64,000 nt of DNA from Eledone cirrhosa (taxonomy: Eukaryota). Below are positions 23,037 through 34,019 of this stretch, piece by piece (position 1 is the first letter of the stretch; each line of letters starts with the position of its first letter). Location: the NCBI GenBank assembly GCA_964016885.1, contig OZ024740.1:392956001-393020000 (forward strand), written 5' to 3'. The position numbers and the translations under genes are program-made. The notes beneath the pieces are model-generated. The model did not search any database. It worked only from the letters and a program-made list of their open reading frames with translations, and was not told the DNA's origin.

Positions 23037-23445
23037 CTAATTGCTAGAGGTGGTGATGGGTTCAAGTCTGACATTGTTATATATAGGGTTTAAAGTTTTG
23101 GAGTGTCGGAAGCGGTGTTGGCAAGATGCGAACACTTCTGATTTTTTATTAAGGAGATTATGGTTAGAGAAGATGATAGCATGGGTCTCTAGTAGACAGA
23201 GGTTACAAAATTTATTAGGTGGTTTGTACGATGTCGCATTACCTACCACTTCCCATTTAAGTGTATATAGTTTATTTTTAGTTTTTAGATAGTGTATGTA
23301 GCTAGATAGTGAAGTGGAGTTGGCTAGACTGTGTCTTTTGAAAGAGTGGAGGTGCGAATTGTATCTAGTTTTGAAGCAGTTAGAAGTAGAGCCTATATAG
23401 GTTTCAGAAGAGTTGTTAGTTGTGACTGTGCATGAGTATATGATA
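23037..23445 (-). pseudogene. GIY-YIG endonuclease C-terminal domain of a Penelope-like element (Naiad-like), 5'-truncated
   Basis: IIY...YIG, FKTRYNSH..SF, CNLCLLE, LLNKKSE...CQH; the ORF start codon in the track comes from the inverted pLTR. Confidence 0.85.
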
Positions 23446-23747
23446 TAATCCTGTATAAATAAGACACGCGTGCATGCCACACGTGAGATTGTTTCATACA
23501 CTGACTACTCTAAACTTTCCTCTTGCTTTATCTTCATAAACTGCCAATGTTTTATTTTTATTTTTATTTTTTTTATTTTTATTTTTTTTATTTTTACTTT
23601 TATTTTAATCCTCTAACCTTTATATGTAAATTGCCATGCTATATCATTATGATGGATGTCAACCCACTGTGGGTCAATATATGCATATGTTTTTATATGT
23701 CTCTTGTGTTGAAAAGGAGGTCAAGTATGTTATAGATCACTAAATAG

Positions 23748-23796
23748 TTGCTCCGAAGAATCCAAACCTCGGTTTGGAGGAAACAATTGTAAGCAA
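23748..23796 (+). ncRNA. Minimal type I hammerhead ribozyme motif (variant core CCGAAGA)
   Basis: ttgct-CCGAAGA-a-tccaaac(ctcg)gtttgga-g-GAAA-caattg-TA-agcaa: stems I and II, palindromic stem III, GUA cleavage triplet. Confidence 0.75.
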
Positions 23797-24705
23797 ATAA
23801 ATGATTTAAACTGAACTTTGATTATTGTAATCTCTATATTCTTTTTTAGTAATTCATATTTTTCTTCTGTGTTTTAAAAATTTTAAGAGAGACTAATGTT
23901 TGCATCCCTAGGCTCTGAAGGACTCTTAGAGTGGGTACTGAACCTTTTCTTTACTATATTTCCAATGAAAGACAATGTCTATGATTTTCAAATAATTAAA
24001 AAAATAATGAAGAATATGGAGAGATTTAGAAATATAACTGACTTTCTCATTATTAAGCTAGTATTTGGAACATAAGAAAGGTTCCTTTATAAAATCATGA
24101 CAGTAGCTTTTTGGATAGATATAAACACTTTATCATAAAACAAGGATTTTTAGATAAATATAAACACTGTATTATAAAATAAGGGCCAATTTTAGGTTGT
24201 TTGGTATGAAAATGGTTAATTCTGTTTTCATGGCAGGGAAAATAGATGGAGAAATTTCCTTCTGGGGGACAATGCCAGTCTGCCTGAAGAAATTTTCCCA
24301 AATGATCTGATATATATTCTCAACTTCTAAGTGAACTGAGCTGTTAGGAAAGACAACAAAATGCCTATAGCAAGTTTGAACTCTCAAACTAGGAGTCATT
24401 TGTCCAATTCCTTATTCATTTAGTCATTTGACATTTACTTATCCGATACTACTATTAAGAAGTGAAATGTCTGAACCTATATACACATGCATACTTTAAC
24501 TTAATGTCTTTTTTTCTTAGGTTTTTCTTCTAGTTGTTATTTCTAGCAGGTTGAGAGACTACATTAAGACTTCATCGATGATGATAATTTTTAAGACTGT
24601 AGTTGATATTTAGATGCAATCATTATGATAATGTTTGTGATATTATTATCAGTGTTTGTATTCAGACTTTCTGTGATGGTTACTTATGTCTATTTCTTCA
24701 TTCAG

Positions 24706-24840
24706 GGGTTCCGAGCAGCAGCTGAAGAACAAATATCTGTTGCTCATGAACAGAAATTAACAGAAGGAGCTAACGAGCCTGATTTAGAATCATTACGCAG
24801 AGCAGCTATGATCATTTATGAACAGTATCTGTCTGAAAAA
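24706..24840 (+). CDS. SNX13: SNX13 exon (RGS): GFRAAAEEQISVAHEQKLTEGANEPDLESLRRAAMIIYEQYLSEK
   Basis: ttcag acceptor; gtaagt donor; IYEQYLSEK; phase 0 to 0. Confidence 0.95.
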
Positions 24841-25129
24841 GTAAGTTTAAAAGATATAAAATTCACTATAACATTTTCTTTTGGTTTTCTTTGTTACATA
24901 ATCCTGTAATAATTGTCTCTACCTTTGGCACAAGGCCAGCATTACTCAGTACATTACTGGTACTTTATTTTATCGACCCCGTAAGGATGTAAGGCAAAGT
25001 TAACCTTGGTGGGATTTGAACTCAGACTGTAAAGGGATGTCATAATAACATTGAATTAGAGCCGAATGAAAAAGGTTCACGGAGTTACTACTTCTGCTGG
25101 CAAAGAAAATATTCTCTTTTTGAGTAAAG

Positions 25130-25520
25130 GGCAGATTGTATGATGCCTGTATATGATGTCCAATTTTGCATGATAATCAGACATGGTACAGTGGGTGTAT
25201 GAAAGTTAGAAAGGAATGAATTGAGCACACTCCATTGTATTGGATGTGTAATGTTAGTTGAGAGAAAATCTAAGTATAAGAGGAATCAGATGATGTATGC
25301 ATATGGTTGATAATTGTTGGGTGAAGAAGTATCAGGAGGTATGAGTAAAAAGAAAATGAGTAGGCCAAGGAAGATGTGGACAGAAATTGTGAAAGTAGAT
25401 CTCAGGAACTTAAACCTTATAAAGGAGATGATAAAGGAAAGACAAGTGGATAGATGCTGTACCAGAGAGGACTTATCTAACCCATGCAAGCATAGAAAAA
25501 TTAACATAAAATTTATTATG
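25130..25520 (+). mobile_element. Degraded RTE 3' fragment
   Basis: RPRKMWTEIVKVDL peptide; tctaacccatgcaagcat 3' hairpin. Confidence 0.75.
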
Positions 25521-26063
25521 ATTGGTTACAAACGAAACCATAAAATTCAGTCATTCTGACAGTTTAATAGTAATAAAATTTACAAAAATAATGATTTTGT
25601 ACATAGGTACAAAGTAAAAAGGGAAAAGGACAGTTGATTATATTAACCCCCAAAGTTGATTTCAGTAGGATTTTAATTCAGAACAGAATATAAAGAGTTG
25701 AAACAAATACTGCAAGGGATTTTATCTAACGCTCTAACATTTCTGACAATTCACAACCTAAGAATTTCAAACATAGACAACACAATTATACATTTTGGAT
25801 GAGTATAGTTTATTTATCAACCTCAAGAACAATGAAAGACAGTTGACCTTTGTGAGATTCCACTCAGAACTCAAATTTTTTTTAATTGAATGCTATTGGG
25901 TATTTAGTCCCGTACACTACCATTGTCTTGATATATAAATATTTTTTTATATATGTACAAGGCTTGAAATATTTTGTTGTGAGATAGGTTAGTCAATTAT
26001 ATTTACTTTATTTTATTGTCCTCACAAGGATGAAAGGTCATATAATAATAATAATAATAATAA

Positions 26064-26138
26064 CTGACAAAGAAATTAAAGGCAAACCATTCGGATATAA
26101 TAATGAAGAACTGGAAACAAAATGTAGGCACACTGATC
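26064..26138 (+). mobile_element. R4/Dong-like RLE non-LTR fragment, left part
   Basis: TDKEIK/ANHSDIIMKN..TLI (consensus-like TD..I.ANRPDI), starting right after (TAA)n. Confidence 0.65.
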
Positions 26139-29100
26139 ATCATCATCATCATCGTTTAACATCCATGTTCCACGCTTGCATGGGTTTGGATGGGAGTTTT
26201 CCCACTTGGTTGTCTTGCTCGCATAGGACTGTCTGGCGGGTTTTCTACAGCTGGATGCCCTTCCTAACACCAACCACATTTACAGTGTGGGACTGGGAGG
26301 TTTTTACCGTGTTACCTACACGGCCACATTACAGCGTGGACTGTGTTTTTTTGTCGTGACACCTACATGATCTCATTTGTTTCGGCCTGGATGTTGTGGC
26401 ACCAACATAACTTTTCATTGAAAGGGGCGGTGTGGATGGGGTGGGGGTGGTGGGACGGGGGGTGTATTTTGGTAGAGGTGCCTACTGACTGTAGTAGGTT
26501 TTACTTTGTATTTAGGTAAGGCGGGTCTTCTCTATTACTGAGTACCGCCAAAGGTCTCGGTCCAGTGACATTGTCTTGGAGAGGTGTGTGTGAGGTCGGA
26601 ATTTATCAGGTCGTCCCAGGTTTTTCTGGGTTTGCCTACTCCGTGGCTACCGTCTATCTTTATTGCCCTGCACTTTTTTATACAGCTGTCGTCTTTCATG
26701 CGCATCACGTGACCATATCAACGTAGCCTTCTCTCGAGTAAACAACATCTGATCCCTCTTATTTCTAATTTTTCCCTTAGTTCGTTTATGCTTTGCCGTT
26801 CACGTATATTACTATTACATATCCAGCGGAGCATGCAAGCTTCGTTCCTCTCTAGTCTGTGTATATCCTCTGCACACAATGCCCAGGTCTCACTGCCTGG
26901 CAACATTGCTGTTCGTATGCAGGCATCATACAACCTGCCTTTTATTTTTAGGGAGAACCCTTTAGCGGCTAATAGTGGTATAAGCTCTCTGAACTTTTTC
27001 CATCCAGTTCTGACTCTAGCTACTGTACTTTCAGAGCACCCTCCCCCACTGCTGATTTTGTCACCCAGGTAACGGAAGCTGTCCACTATTTCTATAGAAC
27101 CCTCTGTGCAATTGAAAGAGCTAGTATTGTGTGGGCACTTGCTGCTACTTATTGCACCAGAACACCGGCCACATGTAAAATCTATGTTCTTAGTTAGCTT
27201 ACCTGTGATCCCACTACATCTTTTATGCACCCATACTTTGCATTTGGGACATAAAATGGAGTTTCTACCTACTCCTTTCCTACACACTGAGCATGGCCAT
27301 TTCCCGGAAGGGACCGCCGCCTTATTTTCTTTCCTACAAACTAGAACTTTAGTCTTAGCCAGGTTAATTTTAAGGCCTTTTGATTCTAGGCCGTGCTTCC
27401 ATGTTTGGAATTTCTTCTCTAGCTCGGCCATTGATTCAGCTATGAGTGTTAGATCATCTGCATATAGGAGTTCCCATGGGCAGCCGGTCTTGAACTCCAC
27501 TGTTATAGCCTGAAGGGCAATAATAAATAGTAGGGGGCTAAGAAAAGAGCCCTGATGAACACCAACCTTTACGCTAAACTCTTTACTATATTCGTTGTTA
27601 ATTCTAACCTTGCTGACTGTTTCTTTATACATGGCTTGTATAGCTCTCACAAGCCATTCATCAACACCTAGTTTTCTAAGAGCCCACCAGATAATGGAAC
27701 GGAGGACACTGTCGAAGGCTTTCTCCAAGTCGACAAAAGCTAAGTATAGGGGTTTACTTTTAGCTAGGTACGTCGCCTGTAGTTGTCGTACAATGAAAAG
27801 AGCGTCTGTGGTACTTTTGCCTGACACAAACCCGAACTGCATTTCATCTAGATCAATTCTCTCTCTGATTAGTTGCGCTATTACTTTTTCCGTGACCTTC
27901 ATGACCTGGTCGATTAATTTAATGCCTCTATAGTTACTCCTATCTAGGGCATCTCCTTTACCCTTGTAACAGTTAATGATGATGCTGCTACGCCAGTCCT
28001 TCGGAACAGCCCCATTCTGTATGACTTGGTTTACTATCCAGGTGACCATGGTGTGTCCCACCGTTCCAGAGGCTTTCAGCATCTCAGCAACTATTTCCGA
28101 AGGCCCAGCAGCCTTACCCGTCTTCATATCTTTGATTGCCTTACTTATTATACTACCTTCGACTAACACTGCTGGTCTCTCTATTGGGTCGATGTGGGGG
28201 AGACTGTCTTTCTCCCATTTATTCTCCTCATTTAGTAGCCTTTCGTAGTGACACTTCCAAGCTACCTTCTTATCAGCGTCAGTGATGGCAAGTACGCCAT
28301 CATCATTAAGTACACACTTCTCCCCGACAATATCACGGTTTTCCTTGACACATTGCCTAGCAATCCTGAACACCTCACGTTTTTGGTCCTCGCGTTGTAG
28401 AACATGCTTGAACTTTCTTTCCTCTGCTTCCCTTCTTGCGAAGTACACTTGTCTCCTAGCTTCCCTCCTGGCCACTTGATAGTCTTCTCTACTTCCCCCA
28501 TCCCGCTATACTTTCCAAGCCTGCTTTTTGGCCTTAATTTACTCCTCCACCTTACTGTTCCACCACCATGTTACTCTCCTCCTGCCTACAGGCCTGCTCC
28601 AGCCACAGACATCGTCTGCCGCCATCAGCAGGTTTGCTTTCAGGAATTCCCACTGTTCCTCTATATTGTACGACTCTAATTGCTCTTCCTTACTGTCGAA
28701 AGCATCAAGTAATATGCTTTTAAATTTATTTCTGGCTGTGGGATCCTTTAGCTTCCATATTTTTCTCCTGAGGATAGTCCTCTTCTGCTGTCTAGTACGT
28801 CTCGTCCTGACTATGAGGTCGCTAATTATCAGTCTATGTTGGGAGGTGCATTCTTCATGGAGGAGGGATTTAGTGTTTACAACAGACACTCTGTCACGTC
28901 TTCTGGTAAGGATAGAATCTACCTGTTCCCCTGATCTGTAGGTGATCAAGTGATTGTCTCGTTTTTTGAAGTTAGTGTTACAGATACTTAGGTTATTTGC
29001 ATCACAGAATTCCAGGATTCTGGAGTCTTCCTCGTTTCTAGTACCAAACCCATAGCCTCCGTGGATTCCGTCATAGCCATCACAATGGTGTACAACGTGA

Positions 29101-29985
29101 CCATTTAGGTCGCCAGCAATAATTATATAGTCACTGTCGGTTATTTGGGAGGTAGTGAGCATCAGTGTCTCATAGAATCTGTCTTTTATAGCGCCAGGCA
29201 GTCCGGATTGGGGCGCGTATGCAGATATTACTGTCACAGTAGTTCTATTTAGAACCAGTCTTATTTTAATTATTCTGTCATTCACTCTATTTACATCTAT
29301 TATCTTATCCACCCTTTTTTCTGCTAACATGATTCCTACCCCACCCATCCCATTGTCATTTCCCACCCAGAAAAGCTTATAGCAACGCTTTTTACCCACA
29401 ATGAATCTAGCAGACCCGCCCCTCCACCTGGGCTCTTGGATACAGCAAACATCAACCTCCTTATGTTCAAGCATTTCTACAACCTCGTTAGAGCGGCCTT
29501 TTAAGGTGCCTACATCCATGGTACCAACTCTGAAGTTTTGGATTGTGTTTGGAGGATGGGGTGCAGGGAGGGGTGAGGGGGATGGGGTTGGGGTTATGTT
29601 GGCCATCCGCGACCGAAACAAAGAGGAGGGGGCCTTGCTCTTTCGTCCGGCAGCATGAGGTGAATTTGTCGTTATCTTTGGCATTGTCATCGAGTGTCCA
29701 GATTCTTCAGACTCTCCAGAAATTCCTTAGTCCATCCATCATATCGAAAAGCAGCCAGAAGTGATAGCATAGGCCGTTGACTTGTCATTGGTCCAAATAA
29801 TAAAGGTGGAGAGTGGGGGCGGGAGGGAGGGGTATGGGGTAGTTAGCAAAAATGGTAGTGAGAAGATTATTTAGAACAAGCGTGGAGAAGATTATTTAGA
29901 ACAGTGAGACAGAATTATAGGATAGCAAAGAGAAGATTATTTAGAACAAGCGTGGAGAAGATTATTTAGAACAGTGAGACAGAAT
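26139..29985 (-). mobile_element. Near full-length RTE LINE, diverged subfamily (copy B), inactivated
   Basis: ORFs 28539-29690 (APE) and 26718-28475 (RT+PHD) separated by stops; TGA replaces W in RLRWYG; (CAT)n tail at 26139-26153. Confidence 0.95.
29860..29985. repeat. Nested tandem repeat at the 5' end of RTE copy B
   Basis: 56-nt exact repeat (29860-29915, 29930-29985; period 70), each containing two gagaagattatttagaaca 19-mers. Confidence 0.93.
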
Positions 29986-30538
29986 ATTCCAATCTCTTCT
30001 GACTAATATATTGCATGAAAAAAGTGGAAAAATCTTGAAATTGAAGTATACAAGATGTGAGGTATGAAGATAAAGATAGTGCCAATAATAATCAGAGCTC
30101 TGGGTATGTCAATAAAAATATGAACAAAAGCAGAAGCTTAGCCAGTGTTACAATACCACACCCAATCCAAAAAATATCTTTGCTAGGAGCAGCCCATACC
30201 CTACACAAGATTCAATGGCCCAGCAATAGAACATCTTCACACACAACACATTCTATATAAGCACCTAATAAAATAAAACAACACAACTCACACAAAATAT
30301 ACTCTTCACGATTAATGACCAATAAAATAATACAACTTCCATTATACACAACAGAATAAATAGTAAAATTATATAAGAAACCTCAAGCTAAACCCCCATA
30401 ACAACACTCATGCAGCACTAACAAGAGGAGTCTATACTTCCAAAATTCCACAAAAATAATAAAATGTTGCAAACACTCAAGAAACACAAAGGTGTACCAG
30501 ATGATGTAGTAGAAACTTGCATAAAACTACTGAAGAAA
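29986..30538 (+). mobile_element. R4/Dong-like RLE fragment, right part and 3' UTR
   Basis: IPISSD*..KNLEIEVYKM*GMKIKIVPIIIRALG and IQKISLLGAAHTLHKI match the C-terminal restriction-like endonuclease pattern. Confidence 0.72.
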
Positions 30539-30725
30539 TAATTGTTTCTACTTTTGGCACAAGGCCAGCAATTACCACAATGCATTACTGGTACTTTATT
30601 TTATCGATCCCGTAAAAATGAAATTTAACCTCGGCAGGATTTGAATTTAGACCGTAAAGGGCTGTAACTCTATGTTGCAAAGCATGGTGTCCAACGCTCT
30701 ACCGATACTGCCAATCCACCACCAT
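30539..30725 (-). mobile_element. Nin/Deu-domain SINE
   Basis: Same family as 41130-41340 and 58270-58490; agaaataat on both sides (TSD-like). Confidence 0.8.
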
Positions 30726-30762
30726 AAAAAAGAAATAATAATAATAATGTTATTCTTTTCAG

Positions 30763-30867
30763 TCTACATCCAAAATTAAAGTTGATCCTGAGATATGCAA
30801 AAGAACATTGATAAATATCAAAAGCAAGATGCTGACTGAAGATGCTTTTGATGAAGTCCAAAACAAG
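30763..30867 (+). CDS. SNX13: SNX13 exon (RGS): STSKIKVDPEICKRTLINIKSKMLTEDAFDEVQNK
   Basis: tttcag acceptor; AAG|gtaaag donor; FDxxQxK motif; phase 0 to 0. Confidence 0.9.
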
Positions 30868-32399
30868 GTAAAGTGATTCCATCTACATACTATCATTATA
30901 CCTTCTTTCTTGTGTTATTATTTTAGTTATGAAAATCCTTTTAGTCAAGCAAATAGTGCTTACAGTGTATTTTAAGTATCTTATTAGTTGGACAAATAGC
31001 AAATTCTCCAAAACATGCAGTTTATAATCAAAACAAGTTCCCAGGTCCAGTTGCAAGTTTGACTAGAACGGTCAGAGAATCTGATCTGAGTATTGGAGAA
31101 ACTTTCCACCGGTCTCTTTAGATCACATAGGACTTGGAATTCAACATTGCTAGCTAGGGAAACATGAGAAGGCTTCTATATAGTCAATGAACCTGCTCAA
31201 AATAGCAGCTAAATTTCCACCAGTTTTTTAATTTCCCTATCATCTTTAAAATGGAAGGAGACTTATGTCCAATGTAATATAGTTGTGGATACATTATACC
31301 TTAAGCAAAAACAGGATGGTCATGGATGGGATGCCTTTGATCATAGATCTGCTCAATCAGGGCTGACCTATTTGGACTAAATAACAATCTCTTTATTTAA
31401 TAAAGATGATATAACAACCATACATAGCTTTTATTTTATTTTTTATTAAATGAGATGTAAACTTAATTCCTCAGTTTATTTTATGGATTTTTTATATGGA
31501 AAGCAGATTATATGAGGAGTGTGAATGAAGTTAGTTACTGGATTTGATGTCCTTAGAGAAGAACAATTTAAATATTGTACATTAGATGCACAACTTAATT
31601 CGAGTAGTCAATGGCATTTTATCACTTCTCACCCAGTATGTCTCGTATGTAGTTGTTCTTGTTTAGCCCCCTTTTCCCCCTACCCCAATAAATCCTGATT
31701 GAGCTAACCTATTATCAAAGGTATTCCATCCGTCACTATTCCATTTTTTCTTTTGTATATGAATGAGTATATTGTCTAATATATCCTCTCCTTTTTAAAA
31801 TACTAGGGTGTGATATTTGGAGATTTAGTGAACCCATAGAGGGTTTATTATATTCATTCCTTTAAGTTTCCTTGGCTTAATTTGTGTGTATCAAAACTTA
31901 TTACTACAGTGGCAGACTAAATAACTTAGAGAATTTTAGTTCCATTTGTGTTAGAATTAATTTTGCCATAGTTTTTAATAAGAGTAGTGAGTACTCTTTA
32001 GTCTTGTGAAGTACAAGGTAACCCTTTCATTGCAATAAATGTACCCAAGAGACTAAAAACGAATAGAGACCATGTAGTACCAAGAGGACTATTTAGTCTG
32101 GCTGAGGTTATGACAATCTCTTTAATGTTAGTGTAATGATAAAATGCACCCAGTACATCTTGTAAAGTGGATGGGGTTAGGAAAGGCATCTAACCTTAGA
32201 AACCATGTAAAAATGAAGCATACAAGTGAAATAGTCTGAGACAGTAACTCTGAATAAGAACTGACTTGGGCCATGATGATCCACTCACCTCATGCTAGCA
32301 TGGAAAACGGACATAAAAAGGATGATGATGAGTACCAGTAATACAAGGATAGATTCAATCCACTGTCTCTTTCCTTAATGATGATAGCAATGCACCAAA

Positions 32400-33235
32400 T
32401 CATTATTTGATTGACTTTCCCCTCCCCAAAATTGTTGGCCTTGTGCCTAAATCAAAAACCATTATTATTATTATTAATAGGTTCTATGTTCAAATACTGC
32501 CAAAGTTAGATTTGCCTTCATCTTTATGAGGGTCAATAGAATAAAACACCTGTAACGCACTAATGTCAATTTAGTTGACATTCCCTTCACTACAAATTGT
32601 TGGCCTTCTGCCAAAAGTAGAAACAATATCTATTGAATATTGTTAATGGCAATGAGTGGCAGAAATAAGTGTTAGACAAAATCCCTAGTGTAATTTAGTT
32701 ATGTCTCTATCCATTATAACTTCAAATAGCCCCTCTGGGTTCAACTTTGCTTTTACAAAGGATCAGTTTAATCAACTGTTTCTTCTACCATCAAATTTTA
32801 TGACCTTGAGCGGATGTCAGAAATCATCTCTATTATTATTGAGAATAAAACCACAATGGGCTGGCAGAATTGTTAACACATTCAACAAAATGCTTCGTAG
32901 TATTTTGTTACAGCCTTCCACATTCTGAGTTCAAATTCTGCTGAGGTGAACTTTACCTTTTATCTCTCTGGGGTTCAATAAAATAAAGTACCAGTCATGT
33001 ACTGAGGCCAATTTAATCGACTTTCCTCATCCCTAAAATAGCTTGCCTTGTGCCTAAATCACAAACCGATATTGGGGAATAGTGGATGGTAGAAATTGTA
33101 TGTAGTTATGTCCCTTGACATTCTGTGTTGAAATCTCACTGAGTCAATTTTGTCACTTAACCTTCTAGGTTAGATAAAGTAAATACCAGTCAAGTACTGG
33201 GATTAATTGATTCAACTGTACATCCACTAAAAATT
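32400..33235 (+). mobile_element. Cluster of tandem Nin/Deu-domain SINE copies and fragments
   Basis: Repeated gagttcaaat..ctgaggt.aactt..ccttt / ataaaataaagtaccagt / ggccttgtgcctaaatca modules. Confidence 0.7.
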
Positions 33236-33400
33236 CAAGAAGGGTGGGCTTATTACTTTGTAAGATATCATCATTATTATTTTTAGTACATAGCAGGAAT
33301 TAATTATCACTAACACTGATTGTCTTTAGTTATTTAAAAATTTTCCATATGTAATTAATTATATAATTTATTGTTTAAGAGTCCTATTTCATATTTCTAG

Positions 33401-33536
33401 GTGTTCCAATTACTGCTAAGTGAACCATTTTATGAAGGCTTTTTACAGAGTACTATGTATGTAAAACTACTAGCTGAACTAGGTCTATTGCCAGACAGCA
33501 AGAAAGATGATGGTAGCACATTAGATGTCGATGATG
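33401..33536 (+). CDS. SNX13: SNX13 exon (RGS end): VFQLLLSEPFYEGFLQSTMYVKLLAELGLLPDSKKDDGSTLDVDD
   Basis: ttctag acceptor; G|gtaagg donor; YVxxLAEL motif; phase 0 to 1. Confidence 0.93.
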
Positions 33537-33872
33537 GTAAGGGTTCTTTTTAAAGATTATAAATAATTGTGACTTTTATTTATTTAGTATTGCAAAAATA
33601 TAAGAATAAATAAATTAATAAAAGAATTAACAATGAATTCAATTTAAGTATATTGGTTTTACTCTAAAATAAGATTAAATTCTTTTGTATAAAAAAAAAA
33701 AAAATTGGTGATATCAAAATATATTAAATCTCTTTTTATCAAATGATACAGCTACAATTTTCAGTAGTTTAAGTTCCTTATTTCAGAGACAATCTGTATT
33801 TTATTTGTATTACCAGGCTTTTGATTAATTGGATTTGTTTGTGAGCATTGATTTTTTTTGTGACTTTTATAA

Positions 33873-33968
33873 ACACACAACACACACACACAACACACAC
33901 ACACACACACACACACATACACACACACACACATACACACACACACACATACACACACACACACACAC
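33873..33968. repeat. (CA)n microsatellite
   Basis: Directly visible. Confidence 0.97.
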
Positions 33969-34019
33969 CATTTTAAGATCTACTTCTCTGCTAAACCAAG
34001 GGTTAACTTTGCAGGTGCT

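Larger units (their letters stand above)
21013..23834 (-). mobile_element. 5'-truncated Penelope-like element: inverted pLTR, GIY-YIG fragment, 3' UTR, pLTR, 3' extension
   Basis: Inverted repeats 21189-21552 / 23446-23839; 25-bp direct repeat 20988-21012 / 23835-23859 flanking; GIY-YIG ORF; hammerhead motifs in both pLTRs. Confidence 0.9.

Noticed and set aside
21293-23735. Twin ORFs MLYLHKLPMF... on opposite strands
   Set aside because: Mirror translations of the inverted pLTRs, not a duplicated gene.
29860-29985. Four 19-nt direct repeats resembling a mini CRISPR array
   Set aside because: Spacers are 6/26/6 nt and repeated, the context is eukaryotic, there are no cas genes, and it sits at a LINE 5' junction.
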